A stretch of 64,000 nucleotides of DNA from Malacoraja senta (lineage: Eukaryota), in the NCBI GenBank assembly GCA_038087875.1, contig JAXLNO010000362.1, positions 62,001-126,000 of the forward strand, given 5' to 3'. The notes beneath the pieces are model-generated. The model was not told where the DNA came from, ran no database searches, and saw only the letters and a list, made by a program, of their open reading frames with translations. The position numbers and the translations under genes are program-made. Of the stretch, positions 50,379 through 62,273 are shown piece after piece (positions within the stretch are counted from its first letter, which is position 1; each line of letters begins with the position of its first letter).

Positions 50379-53177
50379 AAAGAAGGGCCTCGACCCGAAA
50401 CGTCACCCATTCCTTCTCTACAGAGATGCTGCCCGTCCCGCTGAGTTACTCCAGCACTTTGTTTCCTCAATGAATAAAGGGGAACTTAGAGGTGAGGGTG
50501 CAAATGAATACATTTCCCTTAATTCTGTGAAAGAACATTTTCATTTTTAGCACTAAATTTCCTGTTACAACTTCTGTCTACTTCCTCATATATTAAGAAG
50601 TCGTTGGGCCTCTCGAATCTCTGCCACATGATATGTTATAGTGATAACAGTAGTAAAGAGAGCAAACTCAATGCTAGCATTTATTTCAAGAGGGTTTTTA
50701 TACAAAAACAGGGATATAATGTTGAGGCTCCATAAGGCGCTGATGAGGCCGCATTTGGAATATTGGGAGCGATTATGGGCACCGTCTCTGAGAAAGGATG
50801 TGCTGACTCTGGAGAGGGTCCAGAGGAGGTTTACAAGAATGATCCCAGGAATCAGGAGGTTAACCTATGATCAGCGTTTGTTGGCACTGGGCGTGTACTC
50901 GCTGGAGTTGAGAAGAATGAAGGAGGACCTCATTGAAACATACAGAATAGTGAAAGGCTTGGATAGAGTGGATGTGGAGAGGATGTTTCCACACCTGAGT
51001 CTAGGAGTAGAGGTCACAGCCTCAGAATTAAAAGACATTCTTCTATTCCTGATGACCTTATGATAGGAGCCGAATTAAGCCATTCGGCCCATCAAGTCTA
51101 CTGCGACATTCAATCATGGCTGGTCTATCTTTCCCTCCCAACCCATTCTCCTGCCTTCTCCCCATAACCCCTGACAGCCGTACTAATCAAGAATATCTGG
51201 TGTATTTTGTACCTTAAAAAATATTCATTGACGGCCTCCACAGCCTTCTGTGGCAAAGAATTCCACATTCACCATCATCTGACTTAAGAAATTCCTTCTT
51301 ATCACCTTCCCAAAAGAACATCCTCCAATTCTGGGGCTGTGACCTCTGTACTTAGATTCTCCCACCTAGTCTAATCATCTGCCCCCCTCACCTGTATCCA
51401 CCTATCACTTGCCGGGCTTTGACCCATTCACACCTGCTCACACAGTTCGCACAGTTTAGAAGTTGGGAGGTCATGTTGCAGTTGTGTAAGACGTTGGTGA
51501 AGCCGCATTTAGAATATGTGCGTTCAGTTCTGGGCACCGTGTGATAGGAAAGATGTTTTCAGCTGGAAAGGGTATGGGGAAGATTTATGAGGATGTTGCC
51601 AGGAATGGGTAGGCTGCGATACTATTCCTTGCACGCATGAAGATGATGGGTGATCTTATGGAGGGGCATAAAATCATGAGAGGAATAGATCGGGTAGACA
51701 CACAGAGTCTCTTGCCCAGAGTAGGTGAATCGAGGACCAAAAGACATAGGTTTAAGGTGAGAGGGGGAAAAAGTTAATTGGAATCTGAGGGGTAACTTTT
51801 TCACAAAGGGTGGTTGGTGCATGGAACAAGCTGCCAGAGGAGGTAGTTGAGGCATTGGCTATCCCAATTTTTAAGAAACAGGCAGATACATGGGTAGGAC
51901 AGGTTTGGAGGGATATGGACCAAACGTGGGCAGGTGAGACTAGTGTAGCTGTGACATGTTTGCAGGTGTGGGCAAGATGAGCCGAAGGGCCTGTTTGCAC
52001 TTGGTATCACTCTGACTATGACCTTGCTTTTCCACTTTTCTACTCTCCTCCTTCAGTCTGGACTCAATCTGAAATGTCATTTGTGGAAACAAGGAACTGG
52101 TGATACTATTCCACTCCCTCCGCAGATCTGCTGAGTTCCTCCAGCACTTTGCTTTCTTGATTAATAAAGGGACTGTTCTGCACCCTCAGCTTTGGGAAAC
52201 TGTTTGATACATTTTCCCTTCTGTAAAAAGGACATTTTCATTTTTCGCAGTAAGTTTCCTGTTACTACATCTGTCCACTGCCTCGTGAAGCACAAGGTTG
52301 TTGGGCCTCTCAAGTCTCTGCCACTTCACTGATTCCATGACTCTTACTCATACACTAGGAATAACTTATGGGGGGCAAATTAAGGTCAGAGGGGGAAAGC
52401 TGAAAGAGGTGGCATGGTGACGCAGCGGTATAGTTGCTGCCTCACAGCTCCAGAGACCTGGGTTCGCTCCGGACTACATGCGCTGTCTGTACGGAGTTTG
52501 CACGTTCTTCCCGTCACCTGCGTGGATTTTCTCCGAGATCTTCGGTTTCCTCCCACATCCCAAAGACGGGTTTTTAGGTTAATTGGCTTGGTTTCAATGT
52601 AGAATTGTCCCTAGTGTGTATCGAATGGTGTTACTCTGCAGGGATCGCTGGTTGGCACAGACTTGATGGGCCGAAGGACCTGTTTCCACGCTGTATCTCT
52701 AAACTAAACATAGAACTGGTGTGTGAACGGGTGATCGATGGTCGGCGCGGACACGGTGGGCCGAGGGGCCTGTTTCCATGCTGTATCTCTAAACTTAACG
52801 AGATCTAAAATGTGTGGGGATTGTTTTTTACCCAGAGAGTGGTGGTGCCTAGGGGTGATGGTCGACGCAGCGGTGATAGTGGTGTTTTGGTGGCCTTTAG
52901 ATAGGAACATGGACATGCAGGGAATGCAGAATTCCAGATTATGTACAGACAAAGGAGATTAATTTGGCATTATGTTCGGCACGGACATTGTGGGTCGAAG
53001 GGGCTGTTCCTGTGCTGTGCTGTTCTCTGTTCTTGGTTCTGACCCTCTGCCTATTCATTATAAAACTTTGCAGAGTTAGTTGGGCAAACTTGTCTTGCAC
53101 AATCCCAGACATTCTTGAATCAGTAACTCAGCGGGTCAGGCAGCATCTCTGGAGAGAAGGTATGAGTGATGTTTCGG

Positions 53178-53872
53178 GTCAAGTCAAGTCACATTTATTT
53201 ATAGAGCACATTTAAAAAACAACTCTCGTTGGCCAAAGTGCTTTACATTTGTTATAAGAATAGCACAAACAAAACAAACTACATACATATATACATGTAG
53301 CCCTCACTCAGAGGACGTCAGGAAAGGCTTGGGAGTATAGATAAGTCTTTAGTCTTGACTTAAAAGAGTTGATGGAGGGGGCAGTTCTGATGGGAAAGGG
53401 GATGCTGTTCCACAGTCTAGGGGCTGCAACCGCAAAGGCGCGGTCGCCCCTGAGTTTATGCCTAGACCGTGGGATATTCAGCAACCCCAAGTCGGCCGAT
53501 CTGAGGGGCCTGGAGGTGGAGTGGTGGATGAGAAGACTTGTTATGTAGGTGGGGGCAAGCCCATTGAGGGCTTTGTAGACATGGAGGAGGATCTTGAAGT
53601 TTATACGGAACCGCACAGGGAGCCAGTGGAGAGAGGCCAGGATCGGGGTGATGTGGTCCCTTTTTTGGGTGCCCGTCAGGAGTCTCCCTGCGGCGTTTTG
53701 GACCAGCTTTTACCACGGCATTGACTTGTTTGTCAAATTTCAGTGCTGAGTCAAATATCACGCCAAGGTTTTTGACGTGAGGTTTGAGTAGTCGGGTAAG
53801 GCTTCCAAGGCTGCCTGCTATCATTTTGATTGAGTCCGAGGGGCCGAGAAGGATGACCTCAGACTTACTCTC
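53178..53872 (-). mobile_element. L2 LINE 3' fragment
   Basis: RFRINFKILLHVYKALNGLAP..GDRAFAVAAPRLWNS..FKSRLKTYL; AATAAA and (gactt)n tail. Confidence 0.88.
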
Positions 53873-54139
53873 GTCGAGACCCTTCTTCTATCCAGAGATG
53901 CTGCCTTTCCAAACCAGTATCTGCAGTTCTTTCCTAAACAATTCTTGAATCAGTGCAGTCTTAACCAAATGAGCAACGTAACCATGGCACTGTTGAACAG
54001 GAGATTGTTAGATTAAATACCTCCAATATGACAGGGAGGGGGTAGGGGCTGGTGGGGAGGACGTTACAGAGACCAGGAATAGGGTCAGAGCCTGAATAGA
54101 TTTGCAGAGATAGTGAGGGACTCTTCACACAGTACAGCA

Positions 54140-54353
54140 CTCCCTCCACTAAGTCAAAGTCACGCCCCATCTGGGGATAAATGGGTTAACCGTTTGCTGA
54201 TAAAGGAATACTTCCTTATTTTATTTCCATTTCCAGATGCTAATCTACCCCTCTACACATTCGTGTTCTCCACACAGTGACGGCCGCTGAGGATGAGGAC
54301 ACTGGCTCCCTGAGTGTTTGTCAGTCGATACTCGACCAGCGGATAGAACCCAG
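54140..54353 (+). promoter_or_regulatory. Candidate promoter and non-coding first exon of the Siglec-like gene
   Basis: Non-repeat island with two GATAA sites, ETS-type acttcct and a GC-box-like motif; ends in donor cccag|gtacgt. Confidence 0.45.
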
Positions 54354-54634
54354 GTACGTAATTCCGTGTCTGTTGCTCGTTCCCACGAACAACCACCAGT
54401 TCAGCTGAGTTGCGACTTTGTGCAGAGTCTGATCACTGAAATACTTTGTGTATTAAGGTAACTGCAGATGCTGATTCACACCAAAGATAGACACAAAGCG
54501 CTGGAGTAACTCAGCGGGACAAGCAGCATCCCTGGAGAATTTAGTTTAGTTTATTGTCACGTGCACCAAGCTACAGCGAAAAGCCTTTGTTCAATGCTAA
54601 CCGATCAGCGGGAAGACAACAAATGTTTACAATG

Positions 54635-56395
54635 GACAATAGGTGCAGGAGTAGGCCATTCGGCCCTTCGAGTCATTCAATGTGATCATGGCTGATCATC
54701 CCCAATCAGTACCCAGTTCCGGCCTTTTCCCCATATCCCCCGACTCCGCTATTTTTAAGAGCCCTATCTAGCTCTCTCTGGAAAGCATCCAGAGAACCCG
54801 CCTCCACCGCCCTCTGAGGCAGCGAATTCCACAGACTCACCACTCTCTGTGAGAAAAAGTGATTCCTCGTCTCCATTCTAAATGGCTTACTCCTTATTCT
54901 TAAACTGTGGCCCCTAGTTCTGGACTCACCCAACATCGGGTTTCCTGCCTCTCATCCTTCTAAACTCCAGTGTGTACAAGCCCAGCTGCTCCATTCTCTC
55001 ATCATATGACAGCCCCGCCATCCCGGGAATTAATCTTGTAAACCTACGCTGCACTCCCTCAATAGCAAGAATGTCCTTCCTCAAATTAGGGGACCAAAAC
55101 TGCACACAATACTCCAGGTGTGATCTCACTAGGGCTCTGTACAACTGCAGAAGGACCTCTTTGCTCCTATATTTGATTCCTCTTGTTCTAAAGGCCAACA
55201 TGTCATTCGCTTTCTTCACTGCTTGCTGTACCTGCATGCTGACTTTCATAGACTGATGTACAAGGACCCCAGATCCCGTTGTACTTCCACTTTTCCCAAC
55301 TTGACGCCATTTAGATAGTAATCTGCCTTCCTGTTTTTGCTACCAAAGTGGATAACCTCACATTTATCCGCATTAAACTTCATCTGCCCACTCCCCCAAC
55401 CTGTCTAAGTCACCCTGCATTCTCATAGCATCCTCCCCACAGTTCACACTGTCACCCAGCTTTGTGTCATCTGCAAATTTGCCAATGTTACTTTGAATCC
55501 CTTCATCCAAATCATTGCTGTATATTGTACAGCACCGAGCCTTGCGGTACCCCACTAGTCACTTCCTGCCATTCTGAAAGGGACCCATTAATCCTTACTC
55601 TTTGTTTCCTGTCTGCCAACCACTTCTCTATCCAAATGAGCACTCGACCCCCAATACCATGTGCCCTAATTTTGCCCACTAATCTCCTGTGGGACTTTAT
55701 CAAATGTTTTCTGAAAGTCCAGGTACACTACATCCACTGGCTCTCCCTTGTCCATTTTCTAAGTTACATCTTCAAAAAATTCCAGAAGATTAGACAAGCA
55801 TGATTTCCCCTTTGTAAATCCATGCTGACTCGGACAGATCCTGTTACTGCTATCCAAATGTTAGGCTATCTCATCTTTTATAATTGACTCCAGCATCTTC
55901 CCCACCACCGATGTCAGGCTATCTGGTCTATAATTCCCTGTTTTCTCTCTCCCACCTTTCTTAAAAAGTGGGATAACATTAGCCACCTTCCAATCCACAG
56001 TAACTGATCCTGAGTCTATAGAACATTGGATAATTATCACCAATGCATCCACGATTTCTAGAGCCACTTTCTTAAGTACCCTGGGATGCAGACCATCAGG
56101 CCCTGGGGATTTATCAGCCTTCAGTCCCATCAGTCTATCCAACATCATTTCCTGCATAATGTGGATTTCCTTCAGTTCCTCCGTCACCCCAGATCCTCTG
56201 GCCACTACTATATCAGGAAGATTGTTTGTGTCCTCCTTAGTGAAGACAGATCCAAAGTACCTATTCAACTCATTTGCCATTTCCTTGTTACCCATAATAA
56301 ATTCACCTTTTTCAGTCTTCAATGGTCCAACTTTGGTCTTAACTAATTTTTGCCTTTTCACATACCTAAAGAAGCTTTTACTATCCTGCTTTATA
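54635..56395 (-). mobile_element. CR1 LINE ORF2 fragment with 3' tail (putatively intronic)
   Basis: [34 protein letters not shown]. Confidence 0.92.
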
Positions 56396-59153
56396 TTCTA
56401 CAATCAAAGATAGACACAAAATGCTGGAGTAACTCAGTGGGACAGGCAGCATCTCTGGATAGAAGAAGGGTCTTGACCCGAAACGTCACCCATTCCTTCT
56501 GTCCAGAGTCTAGAGATATGGAAGGGTAAGGTGTGAAAACCCATTCTCTCTCCAGAGATGCTGCCTGTCCCGTTGAGTTAAGCCAGCATTTTGTGTCTAT
56601 CTTCGGTTTAAACCAGCATCTGCAGTTCCTTCCTACACATGATTACAATTGTTCCATTTACAGTGTACAGATACATGATAGGGGAATAGCGTTTGGTGCA
56701 AGGTAAAACCAGCAAAGTCTGATCAAGGATAGTCCAAGGGTCATCAAAAAGGTAGACAGTAGTTCAGCGCTACTCTCTGGTTGTGGTAGAATGATTCAGT
56801 TGTCTGATCACAGCTGGGAAGAAACTGTCCCCGAATCTGAGAATCGGAGAGAAGGAATGGGTGATGTTTTGGGTCTTCAGACTGAGAGTCAGGGGAGAGA
56901 GAGACACAGAGATAAGGAAGTGAAATGTGTGAAAACAAGACAAAGGGAATGAGGTTGGATGAAAATGTAGAATAGATAATTGTTAGCTAGGAGAAGGTGA
57001 CAACGAAGCAAACAGAGATAAGATTTAATCAAGGGGACAGTCAGACTGGTCATAGAATAGGAAAGAGGAGGGATGGAGAAAGAGGGAAAGCAATGCTACG
57101 AAGTTAGAGAAGTCGATATTCATACCGATGTAAGCTGCTCAAGCGAAATATGAGGTGCTGTTCCCCAATTTTCGTTGGGCCTAACTCTGAGAGTGAAGGA
57201 GGCCCAGGACAGAAAGGTCAGAAAGGTATTTCTGTGTCTCCCTCTCCCATGATTCTCAGTATGTATTGTACTCAATATTGGGAGCAATTTTGCACCCCAT
57301 ATCTGAGGAAGGATGTGCTGGCTCTGGAGAGGGTCCAGAGGAGGTTTACATGAATGATCCCAGGAATGAGTGGGTTAACATATGATGAGCGTTTGATAGC
57401 ACTGGGCCTGTAGTCGCTAGAGTTAAGATGAATGAAGATGGACCTCATTGAAACATGATTGAATGGTGGAGCAGACTTGATGGGCCGAATGGCTTAATTC
57501 TGCTCCTATCACTTATGACCTTATACAGTACGACTTGCCAGGGTTGCGTGCAAACACTGAATTCTGGTACACATGGCAATTATACAACCACACCAATAGA
57601 TGAGCCGAAAAAAGGGCTGGCTTTCTAAAAGGCCCTTCAGGGGGTGGAATGGGGAGACCACTTTATGTGATGGACTGGGCGATATCCACGTTAGGGGCAG
57701 CATGGTGGAGCAGCGGTAGAGTTGCTGCCTCACAGAGCCAGTGACCCGGGTTCGATCCTGACTTCGGGTGCTGCCTGTACGGAGTTTGCACGTTTACAGA
57801 TTGTATTGTGCTGGCACAAGTAAGAATCTCATTGTACTATCTGGGACATGTGACAATAAAACATTCTTGAATCTGGACTCTTGACCTGCTTGGGTTTTTT
57901 CTGGTTTCCTCCCACATTCCAATGACGTGCAGGTTTGTAGGTTAATTGGCTTGGCAACATTGTAAATGGTCCCTAGCGTGTGTAGGATAGTGTTAGTGTG
58001 CGGGGATCGCTGGGTCGGCACGGACTCGGTGGGTCGAAGGGCCTGTTTCCACGTTGTATCTCTAGACTAAACACAGAACTTGTGTGTGAAGAGGTGATCG
58101 ATAGTCGGCGCGGACACGGTGGGGTGAAGGTCCAGTTTCCATGTTGTATCTCAAAAACTAAACATAGAACTAGTGTGTGAACGGGTGATCACTGGTCTGC
58201 ATGGACTCGGTGGGCTGTGGGAACCTGTTTCTGTGCTGTATCTCTAAACTAAACTAAGCTCTCAGCAATGTCTTGTGGTCTTGGGCAGAGCTGGTCCCAA
58301 ACCAAAGTGTAATGCAACCTAACAGTGTTCTTTCACAGTTCATGTGGAGAAGTTGGTGTGAGTCACTGGAGAAATGCTGAACTTCCTTCATCTTTTGAGC
58401 AAGATGAGACATCAGTGTGCTTTATTGACCACAGCTTCAATGTAGTTGGTGCAGCGTATGCTGGTGGTGATATATACGGTCATGGATTGGAGCAGAATTA
58501 GGCCATTCAGCCCATCAAATCTACTCCACCTTTTAATCATGGCTGGTCCATCTCTCCCTACTAATCGCATTCTCCTGCCTTCTCCCTATAACCCCTGACA
58601 CCTGTACGGATTCACAATCTATCTATCTCTGTCTTAACAATATCCACTGACTGGGCCGTCACAGCCTTCTGTGGCAAAGAATTCCACAGATTCAACACCC
58701 TCTCACTAAAGAAATTCCTCCTCATCTCCTTCCTAAAAGAACGTCTAATTCTGAGGCTATGACCCCTCCCACTAGTGGAAAAGTCCTATCCACATCCACT
58801 CTATCCAAGCCTTTCACTATTCGGTAAGTTTCAATGTGGTCCTCCCTCATTCTTCTAAACTCGAGCTAGTACAGGCCCAGTGCAGTCAAACGCTCATCAT
58901 ATGTAAACACACTCATTCCTGGGACCATTCTTGTAAATCTCCTCTGGACCCTCTCCAGAGCCAGCACATCCTTCATCAGATGCGGGGCTCAAATTTCTCA
59001 CAATATTCCAAATGCGGCCTCACCAGCACCTCATAGAGCCTCAGCATTGCATCCATGTTGCTCAATGTATATAGGTTGCTGGAGTTTTACTGCAATGACT
59101 TTCTCTTCCAGACCGGGAGATCGGGTAACTGACGGGATATCTGGGATCGGACA

Positions 59154-59193
59154 ATGATGGGGAGATCGTTCTTCCTCCTCTCCCTTCTCCAAG
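59154..59193 (+). CDS. Siglec-like leader exon MMGRSFFLLSLLQ
   Basis: Acceptor at 59110-59111, ATG at 59154, donor G|gtacc, phase 1. Confidence 0.85.
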
Positions 59194-59225
59194 GTACCAT
59201 CAGCAGCAACTCAGAAGTGTTTACG

Positions 59226-59460
59226 GGGAGTGATGCACTGTGGGAGGGGCGGTGAGGAGGGAGTGATACACTGTGGGAGGGGCGGTGAGGAGGGAGTGAT
59301 ACACTGTGGGAGGGGCGGTGAGGAGGGAGTGATACACTGTGGGAGGGGCGGTGAGGAGGGAGTGATACACTGTGGGAGGGGCGGTGAGGAGGGAGTGATA
59401 CACTGTGGGAGGGGCGGTGAGGAGGGAGTGATACACTGTGGGAGGGGCGGTGAGGAGGGC
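59226..59460. repeat. 33-bp G-rich minisatellite, ~7 copies, intronic
   Basis: Unit gggagtgatacactgtgggaggggcggtgagga; 11-aa periodicity in the ORF track. Confidence 0.95.
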
Positions 59461-59595
59461 CACTCTACCACTACGCCACCATGCTGCTCTTCTACCCTCT
59501 GTACACACCAGGTCCACAGCGCAGGATACAAGGTGTGGAAAGTCCAGTGAACTGACAGGGTGTTCACTGCTAAAGATTGTTCCTTCTCTCCTCAG

Positions 59596-59961
59596 CCGTG
59601 ATATCGGGACAGTGGAGTGCGGACAAACCCGGAGCTGTGACAGCGCAGAATGGTTTGTGTGCACGAATTCCGTGTCACTACACGTACCCGTCGAACCTGA
59701 ACAATAAACCACGGACTGGAATCTGGTTTAACAGTGAGATGCAGAACAAAGTTTCTGTAGCCTTCCACTCCGGGGATCCCAGTCTAGAATCAACAAAGTT
59801 TCAGCATCGGACCCGGCTGTCAGGAGTCCTGAGAGACAACGACTGTTCCCTGGTTATAGACAACGTCATGCAGCAAGATGCAGGTCCTTATTTTTTCAGA
59901 GTTGATTTCGGAGAGGGAAATGGTTACAACTTCCACCCTGTAACACAGCTCGGTGTTACTG
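59596..59961 (+). CDS. Siglec V-set sialic-acid-binding Ig domain exon
   Basis: VTAQNGLCARIPCHY..GIWF..HRTRLSG..NDCSLVI..QDAGPYFFRVD; open frame; ctcag acceptor, G|gtaag donor. Confidence 0.92.
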
Positions 59962-60417
59962 GTAAGTGCTCTGTATAATTCACTCATTCACTCAACAGTT
60001 TCTCCCAGCTGTTATCAGGCAACTGAACCATCCTACCACAACCAGAGAGCAGTGCTGAACTACTGTCGACATCACTGGTGACCCATCGGACTATCCTCGA
60101 TTAGACTTTGCTGGCTTTACCTTGCACTAAACGTTATTCCCTTATCATGTATCCATACACTGCAAATGGCTCGATTGTAATCATGTACAGTCTTTCTGCT
60201 GAGGCAGATAGTTGTTCAGGACCTCTCTCTGGTTGTGGTAGGATGATTCAGTTGCCTGATAACAGCCGGGAAGAAACTGTCTCTGAATCTGGAGGTGGGC
60301 GTTTTCACACTTCTATACCTTGTAAAAACATCCTTGCTCGTGTGGGCCTGGGATTTCGATGTGAACCGATGTATCCAGTGATATTTAACTAAAAGTATTT
60401 GTTTCTCTGTGTGTTAG

Positions 60418-60699
60418 ATTTCACGGATAAACCCACGATATTCCCTGCTGAATTGGTGGCAGGAAAGCCTGTGAACATGACCTGCTCCTTCAACACCACG
60501 TGTAATGGAACGGCACCCACCTTAACCTGGGTCACCCCCACTGATGAACCACCGTCAGCCTCACACAGCGTAACTCAGCAGGGTGACACTCTGACATATA
60601 CTTCTGTTCTGTCCCTGACCCCAGTGTTCAAACATCACGGGCAAAACCTCACCTGCAGAGTCAGATACCCAACTGTGTCATCGGAGCAGACTGTGCAAT
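60418..60699 (+). CDS. Siglec C2-set Ig domain 2 exon
   Basis: KPTIFPAELVAGKPVNMTCSFNTTCNGTAPTLTW..SVLSLTP..HHGQNLTCRV; extra Cys for the interdomain bond; T|gtaag donor. Confidence 0.9.
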
Positions 60700-61576
60700 G
60701 TAAGTATGGAAATTGTTTATTGTGCAGGAACAGCAATAATCTATTAGCAGTGCTGGTACATAAGGTCATAGACGATAGGTGCAGAATTAGGCCATTCGGC
60801 CCATCAACTCTACTCCGCCGTTCAATCATGGCTGATCAATCTCTCTCTCCTAACCCCTTTCTTCCGCCTTCTCCTCATATCCTCTGACACCCGTAATAAT
60901 GAAACCAAAAGCTGGAGAAACTCAGCGGGACAGGCTGCATCTGTGGAGAGAAGGCATGGGTGACGATTCAGGTCGAGAGCCTTCTTCAGACTGAAAGTTA
61001 CAGGAAAGGGAAACGAGAGATATAGACGATGATGTAGAGAGATGTCGGACCTACCTGATCTCCTGGTTGCTAAACCCTTTAATTCTCCTTCCCATTCCCA
61101 CACTGAACTTTCTGTCCTCGGACTCCACCATTGTCAGAGTGAGGTTAAATGCAAATTGGAGGATCAGCATCTCATATTTTGCTTGGGCAGTTTACAGCCC
61201 AGTGGTATGTATATTGATTTCTCTAACTTCAGGTAGCCCTGGCATTCCCTCTCTCTCCATCCCTCCCCCACCCAAGTCGCATCATCTTCTCGTTTTCACC
61301 CAACAAACAGCTAACAACGGCCTGTTTCCTTTATCATTGTTAACTTTTTGCATATCTTTCATTCTTTGTTCTATATCTCTCTACACCATCGTCTATATCT
61401 CTCATTTCCCTAAACATAGAACTAGTGCGTGAATGCGTGATCGATGGTCGCCGCAGACTCGTTGGGCTGAAGAGCCTATTTCCGCAGAGTATCTCTAAAG
61501 GCTGAAGACTAAAGTGTTTTACAAGGATTACCGAAAATGCCGCAAAACTGGTTGCAGAATTTTGTTCTGTTTGCAG

Positions 61577-62273
61577 ACGCTCCCCAGAATTTCTCAATCA
61601 CTTCCCCCAACAACGTGAACAATTCCTGGGTCAGTATAAAGGAAGGAAACTCTGCAGCGATCCTCTGCTCCGCCCAGAGTTTCCCAGCGTCTAACCTGAC
61701 ATGGAGACATCGGTGTCATGCTGAACACAACATGTTCCAGCAACGAGCTGTGGATGGACATAGACATAGCCATAGAAAATAGGTGCAGGAGGAGGCCATT
61801 CGGCCCTTCGAGTCACCACCGCCATTCATTGTGATCATGGCTGATCATCCCCAATCAATAACCCGTGCCTGCCCTCTCCCCATATCCCTTGATTCCACTA
61901 GCCCCTAGAGCTCTATCTAACTCTCTCTTAAATCCATCCAGTGACTTGGCCTCAACTGCCCTCTTTGGCAGGGAATTCCATAAATTCACAACTCTCTGGG
62001 TGAAAAAGTTTTTACCCCTTTATTCTAAGACTGTGGCCCCTGGTTCTCGACTCGCCCAACATTGGGAACATTTTCTGTGCATCTACCTTGTCCAGTCCTG
62101 TTATAATTTTATATGTTTCTATAAGATACCCCCTCATCCTTCTAAACTCCAGTGAATACAAGCCTAGTCTTTTGAATTCCCTCAGCTGACAGGGAAGGAT
62201 GCTGGGGTCTATCAGTGTGTGGCGGAGAATAAACACGGGACAGCAGAGAGGGATGTGACCCTCACTGTAGAAT
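61577..62273 (+). pseudogene. Siglec Ig domain 3 exon with frameshift (~61711) and CR1 insertion
   Basis: APQNFSI..KEGNSAAILCSAQSFPASNLTWRH / GVMLNTTCSSNELWM [CR1] EFPQLTGKDAGVYQCVAENKHGTAERDVTLTVE then gtgagt. Confidence 0.88.
61759..62173 (-). mobile_element. 5'-truncated CR1 inserted into the Siglec exon
   Basis: CR1 tail and RLGLYSLEFRRMRG..TRGHSLRIK on minus strand; Ig frame resumes at 62174. Confidence 0.92.

Larger units (their letters stand above)
59112..62273 (+). pseudogene. Siglec-like (CD33/CD22/MAG family) gene, 5' part: leader-V-C2-C2; third Ig exon disrupted
   Basis: Four phase-1 exons with canonical AG/GT. V-set has the Siglec LCxxIPC and YFFR motifs. Transmembrane exon not seen before the window end. 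Confidence 0.85.

Noticed and set aside
59226..59460. Regular 33-bp repeats superficially like a CRISPR array
   Set aside because: Head-to-tail identical units with no unique spacers, no cas genes, and located in a vertebrate intron
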